Below are positions 54,838 to 64,000 of a stretch of 64,000 nucleotides of DNA, piece by piece. Made by a program: the position numbers and the translations under genes. The stretch's first letter is position 1, and each line of letters opens with the position of its first letter. The stretch is taken from positions 5,086-69,085 of the forward strand of contig DASWBB010000079.1 of the NCBI GenBank assembly GCA_036390875.1, in the 5' to 3' direction. This DNA comes from Candidatus Dormiibacterota bacterium (GTDB taxonomy: Bacteria; Chloroflexota; Dormibacteria; Dormibacterales; Dormibacteraceae). The notes under the pieces were generated by a model. That model did no database searches. It worked only from the letters and a program-made list of their open reading frames with translations, and had not been told where the DNA came from.

Positions 54838-55917
54838 TTAGGCGATGGTCACCGTCGGATTCAGGTAAACGTCCTGAATTGCGTGTAGTAACTCGACTCC
54901 CTCCTTCATCGGACGCTGAAACGATTTGCGACCACTGATCAGCCCGGTCCCACCCGCCCGCTTGTTGATCACGGCGGTGCGGACGGCCTCTTTGAGGTCG
55001 CTCGCGCCGTGAGACTCGCCTCCGGAGTTGATGAGGCTGCTGCGGCCCATGTAGCAGTTGATCACCTGATAACGGCACAGATCGATCGGGTGGTCGGTCG
55101 CAAGCTTGTCGTACATCCCCGGCGCGGTCTTGCCGAAGCCGATCACCTCGAAGCCTCGGTTGGTGTCGGGCAGCTTCTGTTTGATGATGTCGGCCTCGAT
55201 CGTCACGCCGAGGTGGTTGGCCTGGCCGGTGAGGTCCGCGGCGGTCTCGTAGTTGACGCCATCCTTCTTGAAGCTCGAGTTGCGCAAATAGCACCAGAGG
55301 ACGGTGGCCATGCCCAGCTCGTGAGCGGCGTGGAATGCGACCGCGATCTCCTGAAGCTGTCGGTCGGACTCCGCAGAACCGAAATAGACGGTTGCGCCCA
55401 CCGCGACCGCGCCCATTTCCCACGCCTCTTTCACGGTTCCGAACAGGATTTGGTCGTACTTTGTCGGGTATGTCAGGAGCTCGTTGTGGTTGAGCTTGCA
55501 GATGAACGGGATGCGGTGCGCGTAGCGCCGTGCCACCGACCCGAGCACGCCGAAGGTGGAGGTGACCGCGTTGCAGTCGCCCTCGATCGCCAGCTCGATG
55601 ATCTTCTCGCCGTCGAAATAGATCGGGTTGGGGGCGAAGGAAGAGCCGGCCGTGTGCTCGATCCCCTGGTCGACGGGCAGGATGGACAGGTAACCTGTGC
55701 CCGCGAGGCGGCCGTGGGCGAAGATCGACTGCAGGCTGCGCAGCACCCGCGTCGGGCGGTCGCTGTCCTTCCAGACCCTGTCGATGAAATCGGGGCCGGG
55801 CAGGTGAAGCTGCGACGCGGGCACGGTCTGGCACTTGTGCCCCAGGAGGTCGGCCGCGTCGGCGCCCAGAATCTCCTCGAGCTTCCCCAACGACCCCTTT
55901 GTGACTGTAGCCATCAA
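54838..55917 (-). CDS. fbaB: class I fructose-bisphosphate aldolase (FbaB/DhnA type)
   Basis: Aligns by eye along nearly the full length with E. coli FbaB as I recall it ([62 protein letters not shown], ...QDVYL...TIA end). Confidence 0.92.
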   Translation of the reverse strand: MMATVTKGSLGKLEEILGADAADLLGHKCQTVPASQLHLPGPDFIDRVWKDSDRPTRVLRSLQSIFAHGRLAGTGYLSILPVDQGIEHTAGSSFAPNPIYFDGEKIIELAIEGDCNAVTSTFGVLGSVARRYAHRIPFICKLNHNELLTYPTKYDQILFGTVKEAWEMGAVAVGATVYFGSAESDRQLQEIAVAFHAAHELGMATVLWCYLRNSSFKKDGVNYETAADLTGQANHLGVTIEADIIKQKLPDTNRGFEVIGFGKTAPGMYDKLATDHPIDLCRYQVINCYMGRSSLINSGGESHGASDLKEAVRTAVINKRAGGTGLISGRKSFQRPMKEGVELLHAIQDVYLNPTVTIA

Positions 55918-55999
55918 TCCCTCTTACACATTTGGTTACTTCGGCGGTGACATCTCGCAGGTTCGCCGATTCGCCTCCGTCACTCTATAGTGCATCGCC

Positions 56000-57430
56000 A
56001 TGACCGAGCGGGCTAGCGACCTATTAAGCGGGCTCGCGGACCGGCTCTCAGCTGACTCCCGCGACAGCGGCCAGGTGGTCGCCGAATCGGTGCGGGCGCT
56101 CGAGCCAGACCTCCTCCGGATCCAGCAGGACGGCGCGTCGATCGACGAGCTCGTTCGCACCTCGGTCGGCTTCCTGGAGATCCTGTTCCGCTCCCTTCGC
56201 GCCGATTCGCGCGTGCCCTGGGAGCAGTACTACAGGCTCGCCCGTGAGGCCTCGCGGCGTTACGCCGAGAAAGGCATCCCGCTGGAGTCGGTGATGGAAG
56301 GCCTGGCCGTCTTCCGCCGCTCGGTGCTCGCCCGGGTCACGGAGGAGATGATGGGCAACGAGCACGCCGAGGAGGTGCTGCTGCTCGCGCAGAGCCGGCT
56401 GGGCGACGTCGTCGGGCACCTCAACTCGAGCTTCATCCATGGCTATCTTGACTTCACCGAGGCGCGCCACCAAGCCCGGCAGACCGAGCTGCACGCGCTC
56501 TACCACATCGCGAGCGCGCTCGGCCGCTCCCTCGACGTGGCCGAGATCGCCGAGGTCGGCCTTCGGGAGACGCTCAAGGTCCTGCGCCTCCAGGCCGGCG
56601 CGGTGTGGACGCGAGAAGGCGCGCGGCTGATGCTGGCCAAGACCGTCGGCCTGCAGCCTGGCGAGGAGGAGGAGTTCGAGTCCGGACGATTGGGCGCTCG
56701 GGTGCGTGTGGTGGAGATTGCGTCCGGGCCCGCCGAGTCGCGCGTCGATCGCATCACGGGCGAATGGAGCGCCATCCGCGCCGAGCTGCGTACGAAAGGC
56801 GTCCTGCTGGGCGCGATGACCGTGGCCACTCGCCTGCCTCGACCCTTCGAGCCCACCGACCTGGAGTTCGTCGCCGCGGTCGCGGACCAGATCGCCGTCG
56901 CGCTGGATCGCGCCCGCCAGCACACCCGGGAGGCTCGGACCGACTACCTCACGGGGCTTGCCAACCGGCCGGAGTTCGAGCGCGCGATCGACCGCGCCGT
57001 CGCCGCCGCACAGCGCCACAAGCGCCGCATCGCTCTGATGATGATCGACCTCGACAACCTGAAAGAGATCAACGACTCGCACGGCCACCATGTCGGCGAC
57101 GAGGCCATCCGCGTGCTGGCCCATGAGCTGCAGCGTGCAGTCCGCGCCACCGACACGTGCGGCCGGCTCGGCGGTGATGAGTTCGGGGTCGCGATGCCCG
57201 ACGCGGATGAGCGCCACGCGAACGAGGTGGGCGCGCGCGTGCGGGCCTCACTCGAGGAGCTCAACCGGGTCTCCAAGGCACCGGCGCCGATCGAGTTCAG
57301 CATCGGGGTGGCCGCCTGGCGGCCCGGGATGGATTGGCAGGCGATGTACCAGCTGGCGGACAAAGCCCTTTACGTCGACAAGCGGCGACGGCACGTCCAC
57401 CGCAAGAAGGTCGGCGCCGGCCGGGCGTAG
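56000..57430 (+). CDS. diguanylate cyclase with N-terminal sensor region and GAF domain
   Basis: DYLTGLANR, RLGGDEFGV (GGDEF) and ADKALYVDKR motifs. A GAF-like region lies upstream. Confidence 0.88.
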   Translation: MTERASDLLSGLADRLSADSRDSGQVVAESVRALEPDLLRIQQDGASIDELVRTSVGFLEILFRSLRADSRVPWEQYYRLAREASRRYAEKGIPLESVMEGLAVFRRSVLARVTEEMMGNEHAEEVLLLAQSRLGDVVGHLNSSFIHGYLDFTEARHQARQTELHALYHIASALGRSLDVAEIAEVGLRETLKVLRLQAGAVWTREGARLMLAKTVGLQPGEEEEFESGRLGARVRVVEIASGPAESRVDRITGEWSAIRAELRTKGVLLGAMTVATRLPRPFEPTDLEFVAAVADQIAVALDRARQHTREARTDYLTGLANRPEFERAIDRAVAAAQRHKRRIALMMIDLDNLKEINDSHGHHVGDEAIRVLAHELQRAVRATDTCGRLGGDEFGVAMPDADERHANEVGARVRASLEELNRVSKAPAPIEFSIGVAAWRPGMDWQAMYQLADKALYVDKRRRHVHRKKVGAGRA

Positions 57431-57484
57431 CAACTGGCCAAACCGGAGGCGGTCCTCGGCCCGGAGTTCTTCGATCGCGACACC

Positions 57485-58003
57485 GTGACGGTCGCGCGCG
57501 AGCTGCTGGGCAAGGTGCTCGTACGCGAGATCGACGGCACCCGGTTGTGCGGACGGCTGGTCGAGGTTGAGGCGTACCTCGGACCGGACGACCTCGCCGC
57601 CCACTCACGGGGCGGGCGGCGGACGCCTCGCACGGAGGTGATGTTCGGCGCCCCAGGGCATGCCTACGTCTACTTCACTTATGGAATGCACTGGTGCCTC
57701 AACTTCGTGACGCGCGAGGAGGGCGTACCCCAAGCCGTGCTGGTCCGCGCCCTGGAGCCGGGCCCTGGCGTTGGAAGGTGCGGCGGTCCAGGGTTGGTCA
57801 CGCGCGCATTGAGCATCGACCGCGCCCTGAATGGGGTCAGGCTGCAGCCGCCCGACCTCTACGTGATCGATGACGGCGCGCCCAGGCGGCGGGTATTCGT
57901 CACGCCGAGGATCGGCGTCCAGGGCACCGGTCGCTGGGAGAAGCGACGCTTGCGCTTCTGCTACGACTCTCCCTACCTGTCGCGAAAGCTCAAGAAGGCT
58001 TAG
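57485..58003 (+). CDS. DNA-3-methyladenine glycosylase (MPG/AAG family)
   Basis: VARELLGKVLV, VEVEAYLGPDDLAAHS, RTPRTEVMFG and GHAYVYFTYGMHWCLN motifs. GTG start. Conserved-looking residues (EFFDRDT) lie upstream of it. Confidence 0.88.
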   Translation: MTVARELLGKVLVREIDGTRLCGRLVEVEAYLGPDDLAAHSRGGRRTPRTEVMFGAPGHAYVYFTYGMHWCLNFVTREEGVPQAVLVRALEPGPGVGRCGGPGLVTRALSIDRALNGVRLQPPDLYVIDDGAPRRRVFVTPRIGVQGTGRWEKRRLRFCYDSPYLSRKLKKA

Positions 58004-58361
58004 GGCCAGCGCCCCGGCGTGGGTTCGGCGCGTTTGAGGTCGGCCCAGTCCGCTCGCACGGGCGCGAAGACGTCGAGCACGGTGGCCCCCTCGGCGCCCG
58101 CGATCGCCTGGTGCGGAACATGGCTCGGGATCACATAGCTGTCGCCGGCGTGCAGAACGCGCTTGTCGTCCCCGACCCGGAATTCGATCGAGCCCTCGAT
58201 CACAAAACCAAGCTGTTCATTCTCATGGTGGTGATCGGCAGACTTGGAGTGGGGCTCGAGGTCGACGAGCGCCATCGTGATGCGTTCCCCGTTGACTGCC
58301 CGCGCGGTGAGCCCTTCGGCGAGGAGGATCCGTTGCATGTCGCGGAACGCCCCGAACGTTT

Positions 58362-58365
<4 letters not shown>
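58000..58365 (-). CDS. cupin-domain protein
   Basis: Cupin motifs HHHENEQLGFVIEG and GDSYVIPSHVPH. The GTG start overlaps the thiolase stop (GTGA). An alternative ATG lies at 58338. Confidence 0.75.
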
Positions 58366-59531
<1,166 letters not shown>

Positions 59532-59640
59532 CGTCTCCTTCGGGCCTTGGTGTCCCGATTCTACGACCGCTCCCTAATGCCTCACGCGATGTGGTGTCAA
59601 GCCCCTAAACATTTGCCTGGCATTCGGATTTTCTTTTCTG

Positions 59641-59669
59641 TTGACGTGCCGTTAGTGCCCTGATAACTT
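59641..59669 (+). promoter_or_regulatory. candidate promoter directly upstream of the structured element
   Basis: TTGACG, 17-nt spacer, TAACTT. The predicted start about 7 nt downstream coincides with the 5' strand of the closing helix. Confidence 0.35.
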
Positions 59670-59676
59670 TCGCGTC

Positions 59677-59808
59677 GCCCCAAGCGGCTGAGTACGGTAA
59701 ACCTGAGGATACCGAACGTCGAGTAGGTGGAAGGTGCGGCGCAAGCCGTGGCTGGAAACCGAAAAACGCATAGGGCACTTCAGGGTAAACAGGAAGGTCT
59801 CTTGGGGC
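59677..59808 (+). ncRNA. candidate structured small RNA (family not recognised)
   Basis: Low-GC gap without a convincing ORF. 8-bp closing helix GCCCCAAG (59677-84) / CTTGGGGC (59801-08), inner 7-bp helix CCTGAGG (59702-08) / CTTCAGG (59778-84), GNRA-capped hairpin gcggc-GCAA-gccgt (59736-49). Both strands of the internal loop contain GGTAAAC. U-rich CTCTTTTCC follows. Confidence 0.3.
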
Positions 59809-59842
59809 ATCTCTTTTCCACAGGGCATGCACAGCCCTTCCC

Positions 59843-60121
59843 TCAATACGAAAATCCCCTCCTGCCCGCTTCCGCACAGGCTTTGTCCACAGCGGCCGCG
59901 TCCACACTGATCCGCTGGCGCAACAACCGCCGCAGGCCGTCCGCAAGGCGTGCGAGGGGCCGCGTGTCTTCGTAGTGGAGCCAGCGATAGGCGATGGGCT
60001 CCGACCAGGGCTTGCCCTTCGCCGCATACAGGCGGCGGTGGCCGTCGACCACGATCAGCTCGACCTGGCGCAGGAGGCTCGGGTCGCCCGCCGTCATCTC
60101 CGAGAAGTCCTGCAGCGCCAT
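59843..60121 (-). CDS. small hypothetical protein (92 aa)
   Basis: C-terminal part of the long 59843..60958 ORF, from MALQDFSEMTAGDPSLLRQVELIVVDGHRRLYAAKGKPW... Codon third positions are strongly G/C as in real genes. Lies 35 nt downstream of the hpt-fusion stop. No clear RBS. Confidence 0.45.
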   Translation of the reverse strand: MALQDFSEMTAGDPSLLRQVELIVVDGHRRLYAAKGKPWSEPIAYRWLHYEDTRPLARLADGLRRLLRQRISVDAAAVDKACAEAGRRGFSY

Positions 60122-60156
60122 CCAGGCGAGGAGAGCCTGGAGTCGAGGTCCGGCGT

Positions 60157-61152
60157 CTACCTCACGACCTCGGGGGCCGGGGCTCCGGTGTCGAGCTCGA
60201 TCACGCTCGGCTTGAGCGCACATATGAAAGGAAGGTTGCGGTAGAGCTCTCGGTAGTCGAGGCCGTAGCCGACGACGTAGTCGTTCGGGATCTGGAAGCC
60301 GACGTAACGCACCGGCACCTCGACCAGGCGCCGCCCGGGGCGATCCAGCAGGGTGACGACCTCGATCGAGGCCGCGCCCCGCGCGCGCAGCTCGCGCAGG
60401 AGATAGTCCAGGGTCAAACCGGTGTTGACGATGTCTTCGACCAGCACCACGTGGCGGCCCTCGATCGGATAGTCGATGTCGCGCGCGATGCGAACCCGCT
60501 CGTGAGGCTGGGCGCCGGCGTACCGCTTGAGGTCGAGGTAATCGATCACGAACGGGACCTTGACCTGGCGCGCGAGGTCCGCGAGAAAGAAGGTGACGCC
60601 TTTGAGGATGCCGACCAGGACGATCGAGCGGCCGCGGTAGTCGCGGGAGATCTTCCGGCCGAGCGCACGAAGACGAGTTTCGAGCTCCACCGGCGAGATG
60701 AGGATGCTCCCGATGTCCTCCTTGCGCAGGTTCTGAACCTCGAGCGCTCCGTATCCCGCCTTGGCGAGGAGCTGCTGGTAGTCCTTGCGGTAGAGCAGGC
60801 GGACGTTGACGTCCGGGTAGATCTCGCGAAGCATCCGCAGCTTGCGGTTCTTGGGCGTCACCAGCGACTGCTTCATGGTGGTCAGCTCGATGTAGAGCTC
60901 GTGCTCGGGTAGGTAGAAGTCGGGTGTGAACATCTCCGACACCCGGGCCCCGTCCCACGCGATCGGGAACGACACCGGCTCGTAGACCCAGCGGATGCGG
61001 TAGTAGTCGAGGAAGCGCGCGAACTCTTGCTCAGAAGGGTGCGCGAACTCTATGCGCGAATGCGCCGGGCCCGATCGCCTGACGAGGCGCGATCGCTGCC
61101 TGACGGGGCGGCGCCATTTTTCTGGGACGGGAAGCTGGACGGACGACGCCAA
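60157..61152 (-). CDS. hpt: hypoxanthine phosphoribosyltransferase fused to an N-terminal PD-(D/E)XK / TnsA-N-like domain
   Basis: The C-terminal ~180 aa are HPRT (VLVGILKGVTFFLADL, PRPP loop VVLVEDIVNTGLTL, VGYGLDY). The N-terminal ~150 aa read SEQEFARFLDYYRIRWVYEPVSFPI...FTPDFYLPEHELYIELTTMK, a restriction-endonuclease-like pattern. Confidence 0.8.
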   Translation of the reverse strand: MASSVQLPVPEKWRRPVRQRSRLVRRSGPAHSRIEFAHPSEQEFARFLDYYRIRWVYEPVSFPIAWDGARVSEMFTPDFYLPEHELYIELTTMKQSLVTPKNRKLRMLREIYPDVNVRLLYRKDYQQLLAKAGYGALEVQNLRKEDIGSILISPVELETRLRALGRKISRDYRGRSIVLVGILKGVTFFLADLARQVKVPFVIDYLDLKRYAGAQPHERVRIARDIDYPIEGRHVVLVEDIVNTGLTLDYLLRELRARGAASIEVVTLLDRPGRRLVEVPVRYVGFQIPNDYVVGYGLDYRELYRNLPFICALKPSVIELDTGAPAPEVVR

Positions 61153-61189
61153 GGAAACGCCGAGATTGTACTCTCAGCGCACCAGGGCC

Positions 61190-61810
61190 ATGAGCACACC
61201 GGCGCAGAGGATGGTCGCCGAGCAGCTGCTGCCCAACGGCGTCACCGATCCGCGTGTCATCGAAGTCATGTCAGAGGTTCCGCGCGAGGAGTTCCTCTCC
61301 AGCCGATTGCGCCGCCATGCCTACGAGAACCGGGCGCTGGCGATCGATTGCGGCCAGACCATCTCGCAGCCTCTGGTCGTGGCGCTCATGACCCAGGCGC
61401 TCGAGCCCAAGCCGGAGGACCGCGCGCTCGAGATCGGCACCGGGTCCGGCTACCAGGCCGCGGTTCTGAGCCGTCTGGTGCGGCACGTGATCACGCTCGA
61501 GCTCGAGCCCTCATTGGCGGAGCACGCGTCGGCGACCCTGTCGCGCCTCGGTTACTCGAACGTCGAGGTGGCCGTCGCCGACGGCACGTTCGGCTGGCCC
61601 GCCTATGCGCCCTACGACATCATCCTGGTGGCGGCCGCCTCACCCGATGTGCCGCCGGCGCTGATCGAGCAGCTGGCTCCCGAGGGGCGGCTCGTGATCC
61701 CGCTGGGGAGATCCTCCGACGAGCATCAGGACCTGCGCATCTATCAACGTCACGGCGATGACCTGATGTCGCGGTCGCTGTTCCCGGTGCGCTTCGTCCC
61801 CTTACGGTGA
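61190..61810 (+). CDS. pcm: protein-L-isoaspartate O-methyltransferase
   Basis: Start moved to MSTPAQRM. Motifs GQTISQP, ALEIGTGSGYQAAVL and YDIILVAAA. Confidence 0.9.
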   Translation: MSTPAQRMVAEQLLPNGVTDPRVIEVMSEVPREEFLSSRLRRHAYENRALAIDCGQTISQPLVVALMTQALEPKPEDRALEIGTGSGYQAAVLSRLVRHVITLELEPSLAEHASATLSRLGYSNVEVAVADGTFGWPAYAPYDIILVAAASPDVPPALIEQLAPEGRLVIPLGRSSDEHQDLRIYQRHGDDLMSRSLFPVRFVPLR

Positions 61811-64000
61811 GTGGGAGGGCGAAGGCGAGGCGCGGCCGGGAGAGGGCGACGCTCCGCCTGTCGGCGCGGTCGAGGTGCCCGTGATCTGCTGCAGCTGCTG
61901 CAGCAGGTCGCCCACGATCTTCATCTCACTCGCGAAGCCGGCGAAGTCGCCGTTCTTCAAGTCGGTGTACGCGGCCGCGTAATGCGCGTTGGCCTGCGTG
62001 ATCAGGTCGGCGATCTTGGCGATCTGAGCCGGTGTGAGGGTGGTCGTCGGCGTTGTCGGCGGCGGCGCGGTCGAGGTTCCCACCAGCTGGTCGATGGCCT
62101 GCTGCAGCGTGTCCGTGTAAACGACCTGGGTCTGGTCGGCCAGGATCACCTTCTTGAGCTCGGGAATGCTCGATCCCGATGTGGCCTTGAGGTAGATCGG
62201 CTCGAAGTAGAGGAAGGAGTTGCCGATCGGAACCACGAGCAGGTTGCCCTGCTGGACGTTCGATCCGTTGCTGTGAAAGAGGGTGAAGTCGCGGGAGATG
62301 ACCGGGTCCTGGTTGATGAGGTTGGCCACCTGCTGCGGGCCGAATATCACCTTGTCCTTGGGCAGGACGTAGGACACGTACTGCCCGTACTGGGCGCCGT
62401 CGTTGCGGACCGCCATCCACGACACGAGGTTGTTCTTGCCATGCGGAGTGAAGGGCATGATGAGCAGGAACTCCGGGTTGCTCTCACCGGGTAGGCGGAA
62501 GAGGACGTAGTAGGGCGAGACGGGCGTGGGCAGGGCGCCGGGCGACGCCTGGGCCGTGGGGATGTCCCATACGTCCTCGCGCGCGAAGAACACTTTCGGG
62601 TCGGTGATGTGATACGTGGCGTAGATGCCGACCTGGGTGTTGAACAGGTCGACGGGCACGCGTATGTGAGCCCGCAGCCCGGCGGGCATCGCGTCTATCG
62701 ACGTGAACAGGGTTGGGAAAGTGGCTTCGAACGCGTTGATGATCGGGTCCTTGGGATCGACCACGTAGAAGACCGCGGTGCCTTCGTATGCATCGATCAC
62801 GACCTTGACCGAGTTCCGGATGTAGTTGATCCTCCCGTTCTGGAACGGCACGGTTTGCGAATACGGGTACGTGGCTCCGGTCGTGTAGGCGTCCACGATC
62901 CAGTAGATGCGACCATCGACGTCAACCACATATGGCGAGGAGTCGAAGCTGAGGAAGGGCGCCAGCTCGCCCACGCGATCGATGATCTGCCGCCGGTAGA
63001 GCATCAGCGTCTTGTCGGTGACCTGGCCTGAGACGAGAAGGTTGAAGTCGCCCAGCTTGAGCGACCACAGGGCGCGGTTCACCGCCGTCATCGGGACCCC
63101 ATGCGTGCCGCTGTACGACGTGTAGACGTCGGGCGAAGATGGATAGTCGAACTCTTTATTGGTGTTGGGCGCGAGCGCGTATCCGGTCGTCACCTCTCCG
63201 AAGTAGATGGCCGGCTGCGTGATCTTCAGCTGGCCCGTGGGCGGGATGTCGCCGACCACGTAGACGGGAAGCCCCTGGCTGTCGATTGCGTTCACCGGGC
63301 TGGCGGCGACCCCATATCCGTGCGTGTACTGCAGGTGCTCATTGACCCAGTTCTTGGCCGCGTCCGGCAGCTTGTTGAAGTCGAACTCCCGCGCGCTGAT
63401 CTCCAGCGAGGTGGGCTGATTGTTGATCGTGTAGCGATCGATGCCGATGTCGTAGAACGTGTAATAGGTGCGGATGGTCTGCTGCTGCTCGTAGGTGTCC
63501 TTGAGGGGCGGAAAATCCCACAGCCGAAGGTTGTTGATCGTCACCTGGTCGTTCTGGACGTCGGCCAGCGTCAGCGGTTGGTCGCCTGTGAAGTTGCTGA
63601 CGGTTACATTCGACAACCCGTACGCGGCGCGGGTGCCTGCGATCTCGCGGTTGATGTAGGGCAGCTCGTAGGTCTGCGCGTTCGGGGTCGTGAAGGCCGT
63701 CTGGACGACCGCCGGATAGATCTGGCCGATGAGCAGGAGCGCCACCCACACGAGCGCCGCCGTCACCGGGAGCCAGAGCCTTCGCAGCCAGACGTTGACC
63801 AGAAGCGCGCCGGCGAGGACGACCGAGGCGCCGGACAGGAACGTCACGATCGGCAGCCTGGCGTTGACGTCCGTGTAGGCCGCCCCCCAGACCACGTCGC
63901 TGTTGTGCGCATACAGGAGGTCGTATCGGCCGAGCCACATCCACGCCGCGAGCACGAGCGCGAACACCGCCAGGAGCGCCGACAGGTGTGCGATCGCAGG
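61802..64000 (-). CDS. UPF0182-family large membrane protein (N-terminus beyond the right edge)
   Basis: The frame stays open to the window end. N-terminal TM region, then a long extracytoplasmic domain (NLRLWDFPPLKDTYEQQQTIRTYYTFYD..., YVLFRLPGE..., FLYFEPIYL...) and a Pro/Thr/Ser-rich tail, matching the UPF0182 family. Confidence 0.85.
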   Translation of the reverse strand, partial: PAIAHLSALLAVFALVLAAWMWLGRYDLLYAHNSDVVWGAAYTDVNARLPIVTFLSGASVVLAGALLVNVWLRRLWLPVTAALVWVALLLIGQIYPAVVQTAFTTPNAQTYELPYINREIAGTRAAYGLSNVTVSNFTGDQPLTLADVQNDQVTINNLRLWDFPPLKDTYEQQQTIRTYYTFYDIGIDRYTINNQPTSLEISAREFDFNKLPDAAKNWVNEHLQYTHGYGVAASPVNAIDSQGLPVYVVGDIPPTGQLKITQPAIYFGEVTTGYALAPNTNKEFDYPSSPDVYTSYSGTHGVPMTAVNRALWSLKLGDFNLLVSGQVTDKTLMLYRRQIIDRVGELAPFLSFDSSPYVVDVDGRIYWIVDAYTTGATYPYSQTVPFQNGRINYIRNSVKVVIDAYEGTAVFYVVDPKDPIINAFEATFPTLFTSIDAMPAGLRAHIRVPVDLFNTQVGIYATYHITDPKVFFAREDVWDIPTAQASPGALPTPVSPYYVLFRLPGESNPEFLLIMPFTPHGKNNLVSWMAVRNDGAQYGQYVSYVLPKDKVIFGPQQVANLINQDPVISRDFTLFHSNGSNVQQGNLLVVPIGNSFLYFEPIYLKATSGSSIPELKKVILADQTQVVYTDTLQQAIDQLVGTSTAPPPTTPTTTLTPAQIAKIADLITQANAHYAAAYTDLKNGDFAGFASEMKIVGDLLQQLQQITGTSTAPTGGASPSPGRASPSPSHSP

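Noticed and set aside
54836-55834. N-terminal ~330 codons of the 560-aa ORF 54152..55834
   Set aside because: Out-of-frame shadow of fbaB. Only the C-terminal MBL-fold part is credible.
59677-59808. Assignment of the structured element to the TPP or c-di-GMP-I riboswitch classes (CTGAG..ACCTGA and GGTAAACC..GCGCAAGCC resemblances)
   Set aside because: The matches are partial and lack the full conserved cores (no CUGAGA plus ACCUGAUCUGGAUAAUGCCAGCG; GGUAAACC instead of GGCAAACC, GCGCAAGCC instead of GACGCAAAGCC). There is also no downstream gene on that strand for a riboswitch to control. SRP and 6S RNA were considered too, but the SRP helix-8 motif is absent and a 6S assignment cannot be made from sequence by eye.

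Overview
High-GC (roughly two-thirds G+C by eye) chromosomal segment, very densely packed: about 70 protein genes, many joined by ATGA/GTGA/TGATG start-stop overlaps. Gene content looks like an actinobacterium-like high-GC lineage (AdnAB helicase-nuclease, LigD NHEJ genes, LprG-like lipoprotein next to an MFS pump, UPF0182, DUF3052, DUF4031). I cannot assign taxonomy from sequence alone. Housekeeping blocks include a fabF-acpP-fabH-fabD-fabG-accD-accA lipid-synthesis cluster behind a PucR-type regulator, a dtd-exporter-dehydratase-CBS-aminotransferase operon, adnA-adnB, ligD(PE-Lig)-polDom-ndh, fbaB, uppP, thiolase, pcm and a GAF-GGDEF cyclase. I saw no rRNA, intact tRNA, CRISPR array, transposase or integrase. 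Features worth a second look: (1) an orphan type-IV-secretion-like module (VirB2-like pilin, VirB6-like protein, M23 peptidase, tail-less SSB) with no ATPase or relaxase, preceded by a ~1.2 kb atypical insert bounded by a ~97%-identical 98-bp duplication of the pilin gene 5' end; (2) a low-GC 310-nt gap holding a promoter-like element directly in front of a ~130-nt helix-closed RNA-like structure; (3) an HPRT fused to an N-terminal PD-(D/E)XK/TnsA-like domain; (4) a ~130-175 nt interspersed repeat upstream of two unrelated genes; (5) a TetR regulator fused to a beta-rich C-terminal domain with twin palindromic operators; (6) several genes whose conserved N-termini lie upstream of any ATG/GTG/TTG. 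All functional calls rest on motif recognition by eye and need profile searches to confirm.
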